Assembly (NCBI RefSeq): GCF_001194135.2 | Contig: NC_068986.1 | Location: 38,666,683-38,706,849, forward strand | DNA length: 40,167 nt | Reading direction: 5' to 3' | Source: Octopus bimaculoides | Taxonomy: Eukaryota | In this document: positions 1 to 9,587 of the stretch, in pieces | Numbering within the stretch: the stretch's first letter is position 1 | Layout: every line of letters starts with the position of its first letter | Position numbers and translations under genes: made by a program | The notes under the pieces: generated by a model | What the model saw: the letters and a program-made list of their open reading frames with translations, nothing else | Databases searched by the model: none | Told to the model about the DNA's origin: nothing

Positions 1-31
<31 letters not shown>

Positions 32-33
<2 letters not shown>

Positions 34-375
34 GGGTGTGGTGAATAAAGTGTTATCCAAATTATGCAAAAATTAAAATAACATACACATCCCATTTTAA
101 CAGATACATTACCAAAATTACATAAAAATATTTTCAAATATTAAAGAGTAAATTTATTCAATAAAATCGCCATTGGCTTCAACCACAGCCTCCAGACAAC
201 TTCGGAATCTTATGCAACTCTTCTGGATGTTCTCCTTGTTTAAGTTGGTGAATGCTGCCATAATCCTTGCCTTCAGTTGATCTTTGGTGTTACAAGGAGT
301 TTTGTTGGTCTTTCGTTGAACTGCAACCCACGCATAACAATCAAGGAGGCTTCTGTGTGGGGAGTGTGTATATAT
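32..375 (-). mobile_element. Tc1/mariner superfamily DD37D (maT-type) transposon, 3' end only (TIR plus transposase C-terminus)
   Basis: Begins CAGGGTGTGGTGAATAAA beside a (TA)n run. The minus strand encodes ...LDCYAWVAVQRKTNKTPCNTKDQLKARIMAAFTNLNKENIQKSCIRFRSCLEAVVEANGDFIE*. Same family as 28191-29065. Confidence 0.88.
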
Positions 376-379
376 GTCT

Positions 380-1353
380 AAGACATTCAAGATCCAGCAA
401 TAGGTACAAAAGTCATGGTAACTGATTTTCTGAATGGCAAAGGTATCATTCTCCTTGATTTTCTGAATCATAGAGATACCATGAACAGTAAGCAGTGGAT
501 TAAAAAAGCTTAGGGAAGCTATTATGAGGAAGAATCTGAAAATGATCCACATCAGGTGCAGGCATGGCTGTGTGGTGAGAAACTTGCTTCCAAACCATAT
601 GGTTCTGAGTTCAGTCCCACTGTGTGGAACCTTGAGAAAGTGTCTTGGGTCAACCAAAGCCTTGTGAATAGATTTGCTAGATGGAAACTGAAAGGAGCCC
701 ATCATATATGTATATATATGTATGTGTGTGGTTCTTTGTATCTGCGTTTGTCCCCCACCACTACTTAACAACTGGTGTTGGTTTGTTTACTTCCCCGTAA
801 CTTAGTGGGTCAGCAAAAGAAACCGATAGAATAATTATTAGGCTTTAAAACAAAAGTCCTGGGGTCGATTTCTTCAAGATGGCGCCCTAGCATGCCTACA
901 GTCAAATGAGTGAAACAAGTAAAAGGAACAAGATAAATTCATCATAGTAATTCATGGTTACATACATTTTTGACAACAAATCAGGCAATAGGCAAACTGG
1001 GCAGGTCAATGGTCCTCTATCAACTGCACAGTGAGAATCTCATACCCTCCAGCTTCCACCTGTTTGATCCTATAAAAGACAGTCTTCTGAGATAGCAATT
1101 TGATGACATAGATGAGGTGAAAGTGGCTGTGAAGAAATGGAGACATCATTAACACTTGAATTCAAAGAGAATTCAAAAGTTGGATGCAACAATAGTGCAA
1201 ATGCAACATCACATGTGATGGAGATTTTGTTGAGTAGTACTTTTCTATAGAGGATGAATTACTCAACCAATATATGTTATTTGAATAATCAACATCAGTT
1301 AATAAAAAGTAAGGTTATGCTCACTTTTGCATTACTTTTGGTTCAACCCTCCT
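380..1353 (+). mobile_element. Decayed mariner (DD34D-type) transposase remnant interrupted by a SINE
   Basis: About 410-535 reads KVMVTDFLNGKGIILLDFLNHRDTMNSKQW..KLREAIMRK. About 960-1240 reads ..HSENLIPSSFHLFDPIKDSL..QFDDIDEVKVAVKKW..GDFVE*. It ends in the TIR-like TTACTTTTGGTTCAACCCTCCTA. Multiple stops and frameshifts. Confidence 0.75.
558..937 (+). mobile_element. tRNA-derived SINE, family A (long form), nested in the mariner remnant
   Basis: A-box-like TGGCTGTGTGG, B-box-like GAGTTCAGTCCC, internal (TA/TG)n spacer and the family A tail ending CAGTCAAATGAGTGAAACAAG. Confidence 0.85.
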
Positions 1354-1526
1354 AAATTATTAATCATATTTGTATTCTGCATTTAAATTCTTGCATGTGT
1401 ATTTGATAACATTATGTGTGTCTGTATGTGTCCATGTATATATATATGTGTGTATGTGTACATGTATATATATGGTCATGCTCTGACTGGCCATAACAAA
1501 CAACGTTCTAATGATATATATGTATA

Positions 1527-1655
1527 GGTGCAGGAGTGGCTGTGTGGTACATAGCTTGCTTACCAACCATGTTTCCGGGTTCACTCCCACTGCATGGCAC
1601 CTTGGGCAAGTGTCTTCTACATTAGCCCTGGGCCAGCTAAAGCCTTGTGAGAGTG
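1527..1655 (+). mobile_element. SINE family A head, truncated where the maT piece begins
   Basis: GGTGCAGGAGTGGCTGTGTGG...GGGTTCACTCCC...CACCTTGGGCAAGTGTCTTCTAC. Confidence 0.85.
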
Positions 1656-1674
1656 AAGATGGAAACATATCACC

Positions 1675-2678
1675 AGTATCAAAGCAAAAAAAGCATTCTA
1701 AATGCTCTGAAATCATCAGAACACCTGAATTTATCCAACATGTTCAACAGACCATTGATTACAATCCCAGAAAGTCCATGAGGTCAATTACAAAAGATCT
1801 CCATGTGTCAGAAGGAACAGTCAGAAATGTTGTCCACAAAGACATCAGATATAAGTTTTATATGATGAGGAAAGGTCAATTTGTCAGAAAAAGCAAAAGA
1901 AAATCACTACATCAGATCTAAAAGGTTCTTAAACAAACTGAAAAATCCTGCAGAAGATTTGATTTGGTTTTTCTCAAACGAGAAAAACTTCAACCAAGAT
2001 CAAAAAGTTAACATAAGAAATGACAGATGGTTATATGCAAACCCTTCTGAAGTTCCAAGTGTTATGCATACAAAATTTCCTGCAATTGTCATGGTTTTAG
2101 GGGTTGTCAGCCATAAAGGACATGTGACGCCTCCTCAATTCTTTCTACAAGGCCTTAGAGTTAACTCTGCCACCTACATTGAGGTCATGGAAATAATTGT
2201 TAAGCCCTGGATAGACAGTGTATGAAATGGAATACCATATGTGTTTGAGTAAGACTCTGCACTATCACACATGACTCTAGTAACACGGGAAAGGGTTGTT
2301 GAAAATTTTCATGGTCACATAACTGCTAACATTTGATCCAAATTCCCCAGATCTCAATCCATTGGACTATTACATGTGGAGTGTTGTTGAGAGAGAGGTC
2401 AAAGAACATGCCCATAACACCAAAGATTCTTTGAAAGCTGCCGTAGTCAGAGTAATGTCCAAAATGAACCAGGACCACTTGATTCAATCATGTAGATGAC
2501 TTAGATCTCATATAGAAGCAGTTGTTGAAGCTGAAGGTGGCTTTATTGAATAACATTATAGAAAAGAATGTTTATTTTTATCCTTATAGCATTTTTTGAT
2601 AAATAAAGTTGTTATCTGTTATTATATGTTTTTTTTTTTATAAACATAAATCTGTGTTCAAATATTTTACACACTCTG
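1675..2678 (+). mobile_element. 5'-truncated DD37D (maT-type) transposon with frameshifted, stop-containing transposase
   Basis: The track ORFs at 1511-1921 and 1881-2225 join into ..RTPEFIQHVQQTIDYNPRKSMRSITKDLHVSEGTVRNVV..WFFSNEKNF..KFPAIVMVLGVVS..PNSPDLNPLDYYMWSVVE..IEAVVEAEGGFIE*. It ends ..CACACTCTG|TA. Confidence 0.9.
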
Positions 2679-2699
2679 TATATACATATCTTTTACTTT

Positions 2700-2960
2700 T
2701 TAACTTGTTTTCAGTCAATGGTCTGCAGCCATGCTGGCGCACCACCTTAAAGGGCTTTAGCCAAATGAAACGACCCTAATATTTATTCAATTTATGCCTG
2801 GTACTTATTTTACTGGTCTTTTCTGCCGAACCACTAAGTTACAGAGACATAAACAAACCAACATCAATTGTCAAGCAGTGATGAGAGACAAGAGGCTCCT
2901 TTCAGTTTCTGTCAACAAAATCCGCTCCCAAGGCTTTGGCCAGCGTGAAACTATAGAAGA
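2700..2960 (-). mobile_element. SINE family A, internally deleted
   Basis: Reverse complement of the family A tail (TTTCAGTCAATGGTCTGCAGCCATGCTGG...CCGAACCACTAAGTTAC) joined to part of the head. Confidence 0.75.
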
Positions 2961-2974
2961 AGATGCTGGTCCTG

Positions 2975-3129
2975 CGTGAAAGTACCCAGTATACTCTGTA
3001 TAGTGGTTGGCATTAGGAAGCACATCCAGCCATGGAGCCTAGGTAACTCTTCGGCTGGTCAGCTTCTTTCAAACCATCCAACCTACGCCAGCATGGAAAA
3101 CAGACGTTAAATGATGATGATGATTTTGG

Positions 3130-3174
<45 letters not shown>

Positions 3175-3175
3175 C
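2975..3175 (+). mobile_element. Retroposon 3' tail with (GAT)n (RTE-type tail family D)
   Basis: GTGGTTGGCATTAGGAAG..CATCCAGC..GCATGGAAAACAGACGTTAAATGATGATG then (GAT)n. Related copies at 4745, 10565, 13650, 14480 and 37100. Confidence 0.7.
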
Positions 3176-4295
3176 ACATATGAATCTATGTGCCATTGCG
3201 TGTTTGTGCACATATGTATACTTGCAAACATTCAATGCATGCATATGCGTATGAGTGAGTACATAGATGCATATTTTGAAAGAGAATAAGAGAGAGTGAG
3301 AAAGAAGGAAAGCAAGGGAGGGTTAAAGTTGAAGAATATTATAATTTGTTATAATAACTGTCAACACTTCAACACCGACCTTCTCTCTTTATTAATTAAT
3401 TTTTTTTTCTTTTTGCTGGATTATTGCTGCAGATGTTATTATTTTAATTTACTATTTTTTTATAGGCCAGGAGAACCAGAACTAGCAGCAGAAGCAGTTA
3501 TAAGCAGTAAGAACCAGTTAAGAAGAACTAGGCCAGGAAGGGTGAAGTATTTGTGAAGAGGGTATTAGAAGTGAGAAATCAGATTGACCTTTGGTTTAAT
3601 AGAGAAACAAATCAGGCCAACAAAACACAGCAGGTGATAAAAATCTTTCTTCAACAACACCTGTTGGTTTTGCATTAGATATTTTAATGATAAACAATTT
3701 TTACTTAAATCTTGTTAGTTTGGTTGCTGTTGGTGGATTTTTTGTTTGTTTGTTTTTTTGTGTTTTATTTTTGTTGTTGTTATGAAAATTCATTTTGATG
3801 TGCATGAAAACATGCACACACTGCAAATACATGCAGACAGACATATGACCATGACTGAGAAGCTTGAATAACAATCTTTTATTGTAGCCTTGGGTGAATC
3901 ACTTTTGTGAGTAGATTTGGTGAATCAAAACTGAAAGGAACTTAACGTGTGTTTGTGTGTCTGTGTATTGTATATGTGTCTGCATTGGTATGTATGTATG
4001 TGTGTGTCTGTGTGTGCGTACACACGTGTGTGTGCGTACACACGTGTGTGTGCATGCGTGTGTATATATATATATATATATATATANNNNNNNNNNNNNN
4101 NNNNNNNNNNNNNNNNNNNNNNNNNNNNNNNNNNNNNNNNNNNNNNNNNNNNNNNNNNNNNNNNNNNNNNNNNNNNNNNNNNNNNNNNNNNNNNNNNNNN
4201 NNNNNNNNNNNNNNNNNNNNNNNNNNNNNNNNNNNNNNNNNNNNNNNNNNNNNNNNNNNNNNNNNATATATATACATATATACATATATATATAT

Positions 4296-4477
4296 AAAGA
4301 AAATGGAGAGTTTGAACAGAGCAAAATCAGTTTATTTGTATAATAGTCAATTTCATATTCTGTTCTCATATATCGAATAGATGAAAACGTCTATAAATTA
4401 ATTGAAATAGGGATAAACCGATGGACGCTTGAATGTAAGACATCCCTAGAAAGTGCAATTTCTTTCTATACAAAACT
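4296..4477. repeat. Interspersed repeat copy 1 (segments A 4296-4357 and B 4358-4477), probably a Penelope-like 3' end on the minus strand
   Basis: A matches the reverse complement of 6319-6380 (about 6 mismatches in 62). B matches 6398-6513 directly (about 83 percent). The Penelope assignment is only by resemblance of the AT-tailed end. Confidence 0.7.
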
Positions 4478-4744
4478 TCATAAACACTTGTTAAGCACTT
4501 CCACCAGCAAAATGGAGAGAATAGAAAGAGAAATATCAATGAAAGGCATTCCTATTCATGAAGGACCTAATAGAAAAAACAACGGAGTTGATTCACAGAC
4601 TCAGATGGGGAGCATTGTACTATGTACACATGCTGCCATTCAGTCTGTAGTGAACACTACATCTACTAGGATGTAACATGAATGTGTCAGTTTTTGCCCT
4701 GAAGAGATTTTTACCTTCTGAATTCCCAATGCAATTCTTAATCG

Positions 4745-4912
4745 CAAAATATGAATCATCATCATCATCATCGTTTAACGTCCGCTTTCCATGGTAGCAT
4801 GGGTTGGACGACTTGACTGAGGACTGGTGAAACCGGATGGCAACACCAGGCTCCAATCTAAATTTGGCAGAGTTTCTACAGCTGGATGCCCTTCCTAACG
4901 CCAACCACTCAG
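4745..4912 (-). mobile_element. Family D retroposon tail, young copy
   Basis: (ATC)n followed by a near-exact reverse complement of 14730-14880. Confidence 0.8.
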
Positions 4913-5594
4913 ATATATATATATATATATATATANNNNNNNNNNNNNNNNNNNNNNNNNNATATATAGATATATATATTTTTTTTAAAGATGCTAGGGT
5001 GGGGGTATGATTCGAGGGAGGATTTGGCTGCTATTTATTTATTTATTTATTTTTACATAGCAGGTCGAGGGGCCACGTAGCAGAAGAGAGTCCATGTTGA
5101 CCTACGGTTAATAATAAAAGTCACATTGCGAATGACAGATGGAATATAAAAAAAATNNNNNNNNNNNNNNNNNNNNNNNNNNNNNNNNNNNNNNNNNNNN
5201 NNNNNNNNNNNNNNNNNNNNNNNNNNNNNNNNNNNNNNNNNNNNNNNNNNNNNNNNNNNNNNNNNNNNNNNNNNNNNNNNNNNNNNNNNNNNNNNNNNNN
5301 NNNNNNNNNNNNNNNNNNNNNNNNNNNNNNNNNNNNNNNNNNNNNNNNNNNNNNNNNNNNNNNNNNNNNNNNNNNNNNNNNNNNNNNNNNNNNNNNNNNN
5401 NNNNNNNNNNNNNNNNNNNNNNNNNNNNNNNNNNNNNNNNNNNNNNNNNNNNNNNNNNNNNNNNNNNNNNNNNNNNNNNNNNNNNNNNNNNNNNNNNNNN
5501 NNNNNNNNNNNNNNNNNNNNNNNNNNNNNNNNNNNNNNNNNNNNNNNNNNNNNNNNNNNNNNNNNNNNNNNNNNNNNNNNNNNNNNNNNNNNNN

Positions 5595-6284
5595 CCTCTT
5601 TGTTGAATTACTGCTGTGTTTGTCCTTTCTCATCTGACTCTTCTCTTTCTTCGGTGGTGGGGCAAACTGTTGAGAATTCTGTTGAACGACGTGGGTGTTC
5701 AGTCGCGGTTTTGGGCTAAGAGAAGTACATTCATCATCTGAGGAATCGGTCCACTCATACAGTTTGGCACTGGTAGGTGTCAGGTGAGACTTTCGTTTTT
5801 TGATGATGCCGGATTCTTTATCATTCGATGTGTCAGTACATTCAGCTGGTTTCTCATTTGACATGCTTAAAGAGGATTTTTTGGGTCTGTCTTTTGTAGT
5901 TGCAGATTTTTTTGTCTCTGGATTTTCTTTTCGTTTTGTGTGGTGGTCACCATCTCACAGGGAGCCGGAATACAGGGACTGGTTGAGATGGGGACTCGGT
6001 GGCGAATAGCTTAGAGCAGGATTATGTCTTGAATGCACTGTGGCCACTGATTTCGGTGAGACTTGTCATTCCCATATGGTTTTCTGAGCCTGTAGCACCT
6101 GCCCCAACGACCTTGTGATTGTACTGTCGTGGAATCTTGTTGAAGTACCTTTACGTACGTCACACATTTCACATTTGTAAGCCTCGGGAGAATTTCGGTA
6201 AGTACACACACTGCAGTCCCAGTAACCCTCGTCAGGGGCCTTAGAGTGTCGTTTGGACCTACTTGTCCCCCGCTTGTCTTCCAT
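5595..6284 (-). pseudogene. RYBP/YAF2: RYBP/YAF2-family processed copy: RanBP2-type zinc finger, 141-codon insert with two TGA codons, then KPRLN segment; C-terminus falls in the gap
   Basis: [50 protein letters not shown] matches the RYBP/YAF2 N-terminus (W-x-C-x2-C-x3-N-x6-C-x2-C). KPRLNTHVVQQNSQQFAPPPKKEK..STKR matches the next conserved block. All of 6284-5595 is one frame, with stops only at 6068-6066 and 5957-5955. There is no intron at TSR|SKR, where vertebrate genes have one. Confidence 0.85.
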
Positions 6285-6318
6285 TAATGAAGGTAGATAT
6301 TGAAATGCGCATAGGCAT

Positions 6319-6513
6319 TATGAAATTGACTATTACATAAATAAATTGATTTTGCTGTGTTCAAGCTCTCCAGTTTCTTTATATTATATTACTAAAATTC
6401 TGTTCTCATCAAATAGATGAAAACATCTGTAAATTAATTAATATAGAAATAAACTGGTAGACACTTGGATGTAAGACATGTCTAGAAAGAGCAATTTCTT
6501 GCTATACAAAACT
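6319..6513. repeat. Interspersed repeat copy 2 with segment A inverted relative to segment B
   Basis: 6319-6380 is the reverse complement of 4296-4357. A 17-nt AT spacer follows. 6398-6513 is a direct copy of 4358-4477. Confidence 0.8.
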
Positions 6514-7337
6514 ACACACTCACACACACACACACACACACACACACNNNNNNNNNNNNNNNNNNNNNNNNNNNNNNNNNNNNNNNNNNNNNNNNNNNNN
6601 NNNNNNNNNNNNNNNNNNNNNNNNNNNNNNNNNNNNNNNNNNNNNNNNNNNNNNNNNNNNNNNNNNNNNNNNNNNNNNNNNNNNNNNNNNNNNNNNNNNN
6701 NNNNNNNNNNNNNNNNNNNNNNNNNNNNNNNNNNNNNNNNNNNNNNNNNNNNNNNNNNNNNNNNNNNNNNNNNNNNNNNNNNNNNNNNNNNNNNNNNNNN
6801 NNNNNNNNNNNNNNNNNNNNNNNNNNNNNNNNNNNNNNNNNNNNNNNNNNNNNNNNNNNNNNNNNNNNNNNNNNNNNNNNNNNNNNNNNNNNNNNNNNNN
6901 NNNNNNNNNNNNNNNNNNNNNNNNNNNNNNNNNNNNNNNNNNNNNNNNNNNNNNNNNNNNNNNNNNNNNNNNNNNNNNNNNNNNNNNNNNNNNNNNNNNN
7001 NNNNNNNNNNNNNNNNNNNNNNNNNNNNNNNNNNNNNNNNNNNNNNNNNNNNNNNNNNNNNNNNNNNNNNNNNNNNNNNNNNNNNNNNNNNNNNNNNNNN
7101 NNNNNNNNNNNNNNNNNNNNNNNNNNNNNNNNNNNNNNNNNNNNNNNNNNNNNNNNNNNNNNNNNNNNNNNNNNNNNNNNNNNNNNNNNNNNNNNNNNNN
7201 NNNNNNNNNNNNNNNNNNNNNNNNNNNNNNNNNNNNNNNNNNNNNNNNNNNNNNNNNNNNNNNNNNNNNNNNNNNNNNNNNNNNNNNNNNNNNNNNNNNN
7301 NNNNNNNNNNNNNNNNNNNNNNNNNNNNNNNNNNNNN

Positions 7338-7560
7338 TCATTTAATCCCCATTTTAATTTTCGTAAAAGTTTCCAAGTACCAATGAGGCTTTTTGGCACA
7401 TCTTCAATTTTCCCCATTCATGAGAGGCGCCCAGCCATCATTCATCTGAGAGTCCATCTACAGAATGTCCTCAAATTTCTATACAGCATATTTTGCCTTT
7501 TTTTCTTCAAGTATATAAGCAACAATTTCATTCCCGAGCAACGCCGGGTGCCTCTGCTAG
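7338..7560 (+). mobile_element. Non-autonomous Helitron 3' end with RepHel remnant
   Basis: About 7375-7466 reads STNEAFWHIFNF(fs)PIHERRPAIIHLRVHLQN, resembling the RepHel motif SxNEAxWRIxxFPIHERxPxVxxLxVHL. A hairpin CCCG-A-GC-AAC-GC-CGGG lies at 7533-7548, followed by 8 nt, terminal CTAG at 7557-7560, then T. The 5' end is in the gap. Confidence 0.9.
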
Positions 7561-7574
7561 TATATATATATAGA

Positions 7575-7925
7575 GCATTCAGTATCTCATCACAGCGTTC
7601 AGTATCTCATCTTGTTCGGCTTAATGTCCCTCAACATTGTTTTCACTGTTTAGTTTTCCCTGTCTTGGTTTTTGTTTGCCACTTTGGAATCCTCCACATA
7701 GCAGGTTTAATTTGCTTTGTGGGAAGAGCTATTCTAAGAGCACGTTCTGCCTCATCTTCAAAACACCTAGTTTAGAATAGAGGCAGCTGATGAAGGAAAA
7801 GTTCCATACATGGCTCGTCTGTTTTCCTATGTGTTCATTCTGTTGTCCGTAAAAAAAGTCCGTTTTTGTGCTTTGTTTATGTTCCCCGTTCCTTTTTTGA
7901 CGTCCTGTACCCGGATATGCATCTA
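7575..7925 (+). repeat. Interspersed repeat ending GACGTCCTGTACCCGGATATGC; inverted relative at about 12110-12210
   Basis: The shared end motif is seen in reverse complement at 12110 (GCATATATGGGTGCAGGACGTCAC). Class is uncertain, possibly Penelope-like. Confidence 0.5.
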
Positions 7926-8024
7926 TATATACATGTAGATGTAGGCATGTGCATATATGTATGTATACATGCATATGCTCACATATCATTTGTNNNNNNN
8001 NNNATATATATATATATACATATA

Positions 8025-8222
8025 TATGGTGTGGGGAGCTGAAAATTTCCTGGCTTTGGGTTAAAAAATACAGGATTTTATTCAACATATTTCCCTCCCA
8101 GGTTCACACACTTATTTCAGCAGTCCTTCAGTTTTTCTAAGCTCTGTAAAAGAATTTGGAATGTTGGGCCTCCAACCAGGCCTCTCATGATACTCTTAAT
8201 GCCAGGAACTTTTCAACACTCC
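8025..8222 (-). mobile_element. Mariner 3' end remnant
   Basis: TIR-like GGGGAGCTGAAAATTTCCTGGCTTT. The minus strand reads a decayed KLKDC*NKCVNLGGKYVE*. Confidence 0.7.
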
Positions 8223-8482
8223 ATCATGTGTGTGTGTGTGTGCATATATATATAATCTGTAAAGGTAAGATCGAAGGATCAAGGTGTAGGAAGATAGTAA
8301 GCTTCAAGCAGTCCACAGAAGATATAAAAAACAACTTTCAGGAACAATAGCAGTTTATTGACATAGAAGGTTGTAAATTTTTCCCATAACAAAATTTGAT
8401 AAGCTGAAAAAGGAGCCAATCGAATCTCCTGCAAATTAACCGACATCCTTTGACAACAATGTAAACTTCTTTTGAATATGGT

Positions 8483-8576
8483 ATCTTTGGCCTGACGAGT
8501 AGCTTCAGATTACTCCTTGTTTGGATAATTACTACTTCTGAGGTTCTGCTGGCTATGAAACGTATGTAGCCTGGAT
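8483..8576 (+). ncRNA. Type I hammerhead ribozyme motif (Penelope-type)
   Basis: Stem I GGC/GCC with extension; CTGACGA 8492-8498; stem II GTAGC/GCTAT plus TTCAGA/TCTGAG; GAAAC 8557-8561; loop GTAT; GTA cleavage triplet 8566-8568. Confidence 0.72.
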
Positions 8577-8596
8577 TTTATCTGCTCCGTTCCCTA

Positions 8597-8653
<57 letters not shown>

Positions 8654-9338
8654 GCACACATGCACGCATACACACACACACACACATATGGGAATTGTTC
8701 TGCAGGTGGGAATCCATTCACATCCATCCAAAAGTTCCATTAGCCCTCTGGCCTCTTTTTATTCCTTCAGCTGTATCAAAGTTAATCAATCCATGCAGGA
8801 CAAGTGTTTCATGGTGCTGCCATTCAAATCACCTTTCTTTGACCTTGGCCATTGATTTCATTCTAATGGAAGGGCTCATTGATGAATAATTGATTCTGTT
8901 TGATATATTTCTCTAGCAACACAACACACATTAATTTGTCTTGAATCTCTCTCTCTCTTTCTTTCTTTCTCTCTCTCTTTCTTTCTTTCTCTCTCTCTTT
9001 CTTTCTTTCTCTCTCCTTCTCCCTCTCTATCTCCTTCTCTCTCTTTCTCTCTGCCACCCACTTCTTATTTTTCTTTCTCCTCTGCTTCCTCCATTATTTC
9101 TAGATTAACAACATAAGCAGGATATTTGGTTACATATAAGACTCTATACCTCATTTCATCAGGGAATATGCCATACAGAAGTTTTATATATATATATATA
9201 TTCAAGAATCAAATTATTTTATTGAAATGTGAAGCTGCTGTATAGCAGATAATATCAACTAACATACCAGGCCAAGAAAAGGAAAAAAAGAAACAACAAC
9301 AACACCAATAGTAGTAGTAATAATAGTAATAATGATAC

Positions 9339-9381
<43 letters not shown>

Positions 9382-9408
9382 CTTAGAGGGAACAAACAAG
9401 GGCAGACA

Positions 9409-9587
9409 AAGGGATTAAGTCGATTACATCGACCCCAGTGCATAACTGGTACTTAATTTATCGACCCGGAAAGGATGAAAGGCAAAGTCGACTTCGGCAG
9501 AATTTGAACTTAGAACGTAAAGATAGACGAAATACCGCTAAGCATTTCACTCAGCGTTCTAATGTTTCTGACAGCTTGGCACCTTAC
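9409..9587 (-). mobile_element. tRNA-derived SINE family B
   Basis: Reverse complement of ..GTTCTAAGTTCAAATTCTGCCGAAGTCGACTTTGCCTTTCATCCTTTCC..GTACCAGTT..GGGGTCGATGTAATCGACTTAATCCC. Confidence 0.85.

Noticed and set aside
154-771. 205-aa minus-strand ORF
   Set aside because: It is a chance read-through of antisense SINE, antisense mariner and the maT C-terminus; only the last ~65 aa are real (transposase).
3466-3541. Possible small exon (TTTTTTATAG|GCCAGGAGAACC...GG|GTGAAG; PGEPELAAEAVISSKNQLRRTRPGR)
   Set aside because: The donor is weak, the content is a degenerate AGC/AGA repeat bounded by a 10-bp direct repeat TAGGCCAGGA, and the peptide is not recognisable.
4826-4845. CTGAGGA-CTGGT-GAAAC in the family D tail
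   Set aside because: Five nt cannot form stem II and no stems I or III pair; a chance match.
5713-6135. The RYBP insert as a normal or U12 intron of a functional gene
   Set aside because: It starts ATTCCA (neither GT/GC nor ATATCC). An AG at 5717-5716 exists but has no matching donor and would change TSTR to TSTSP.
7780-7825. CTGATGA in GGCAGCTGATGAAGGAAAAGTTCC as a hammerhead
   Set aside because: No GAAA core follows the putative stem II; at most a dead remnant.
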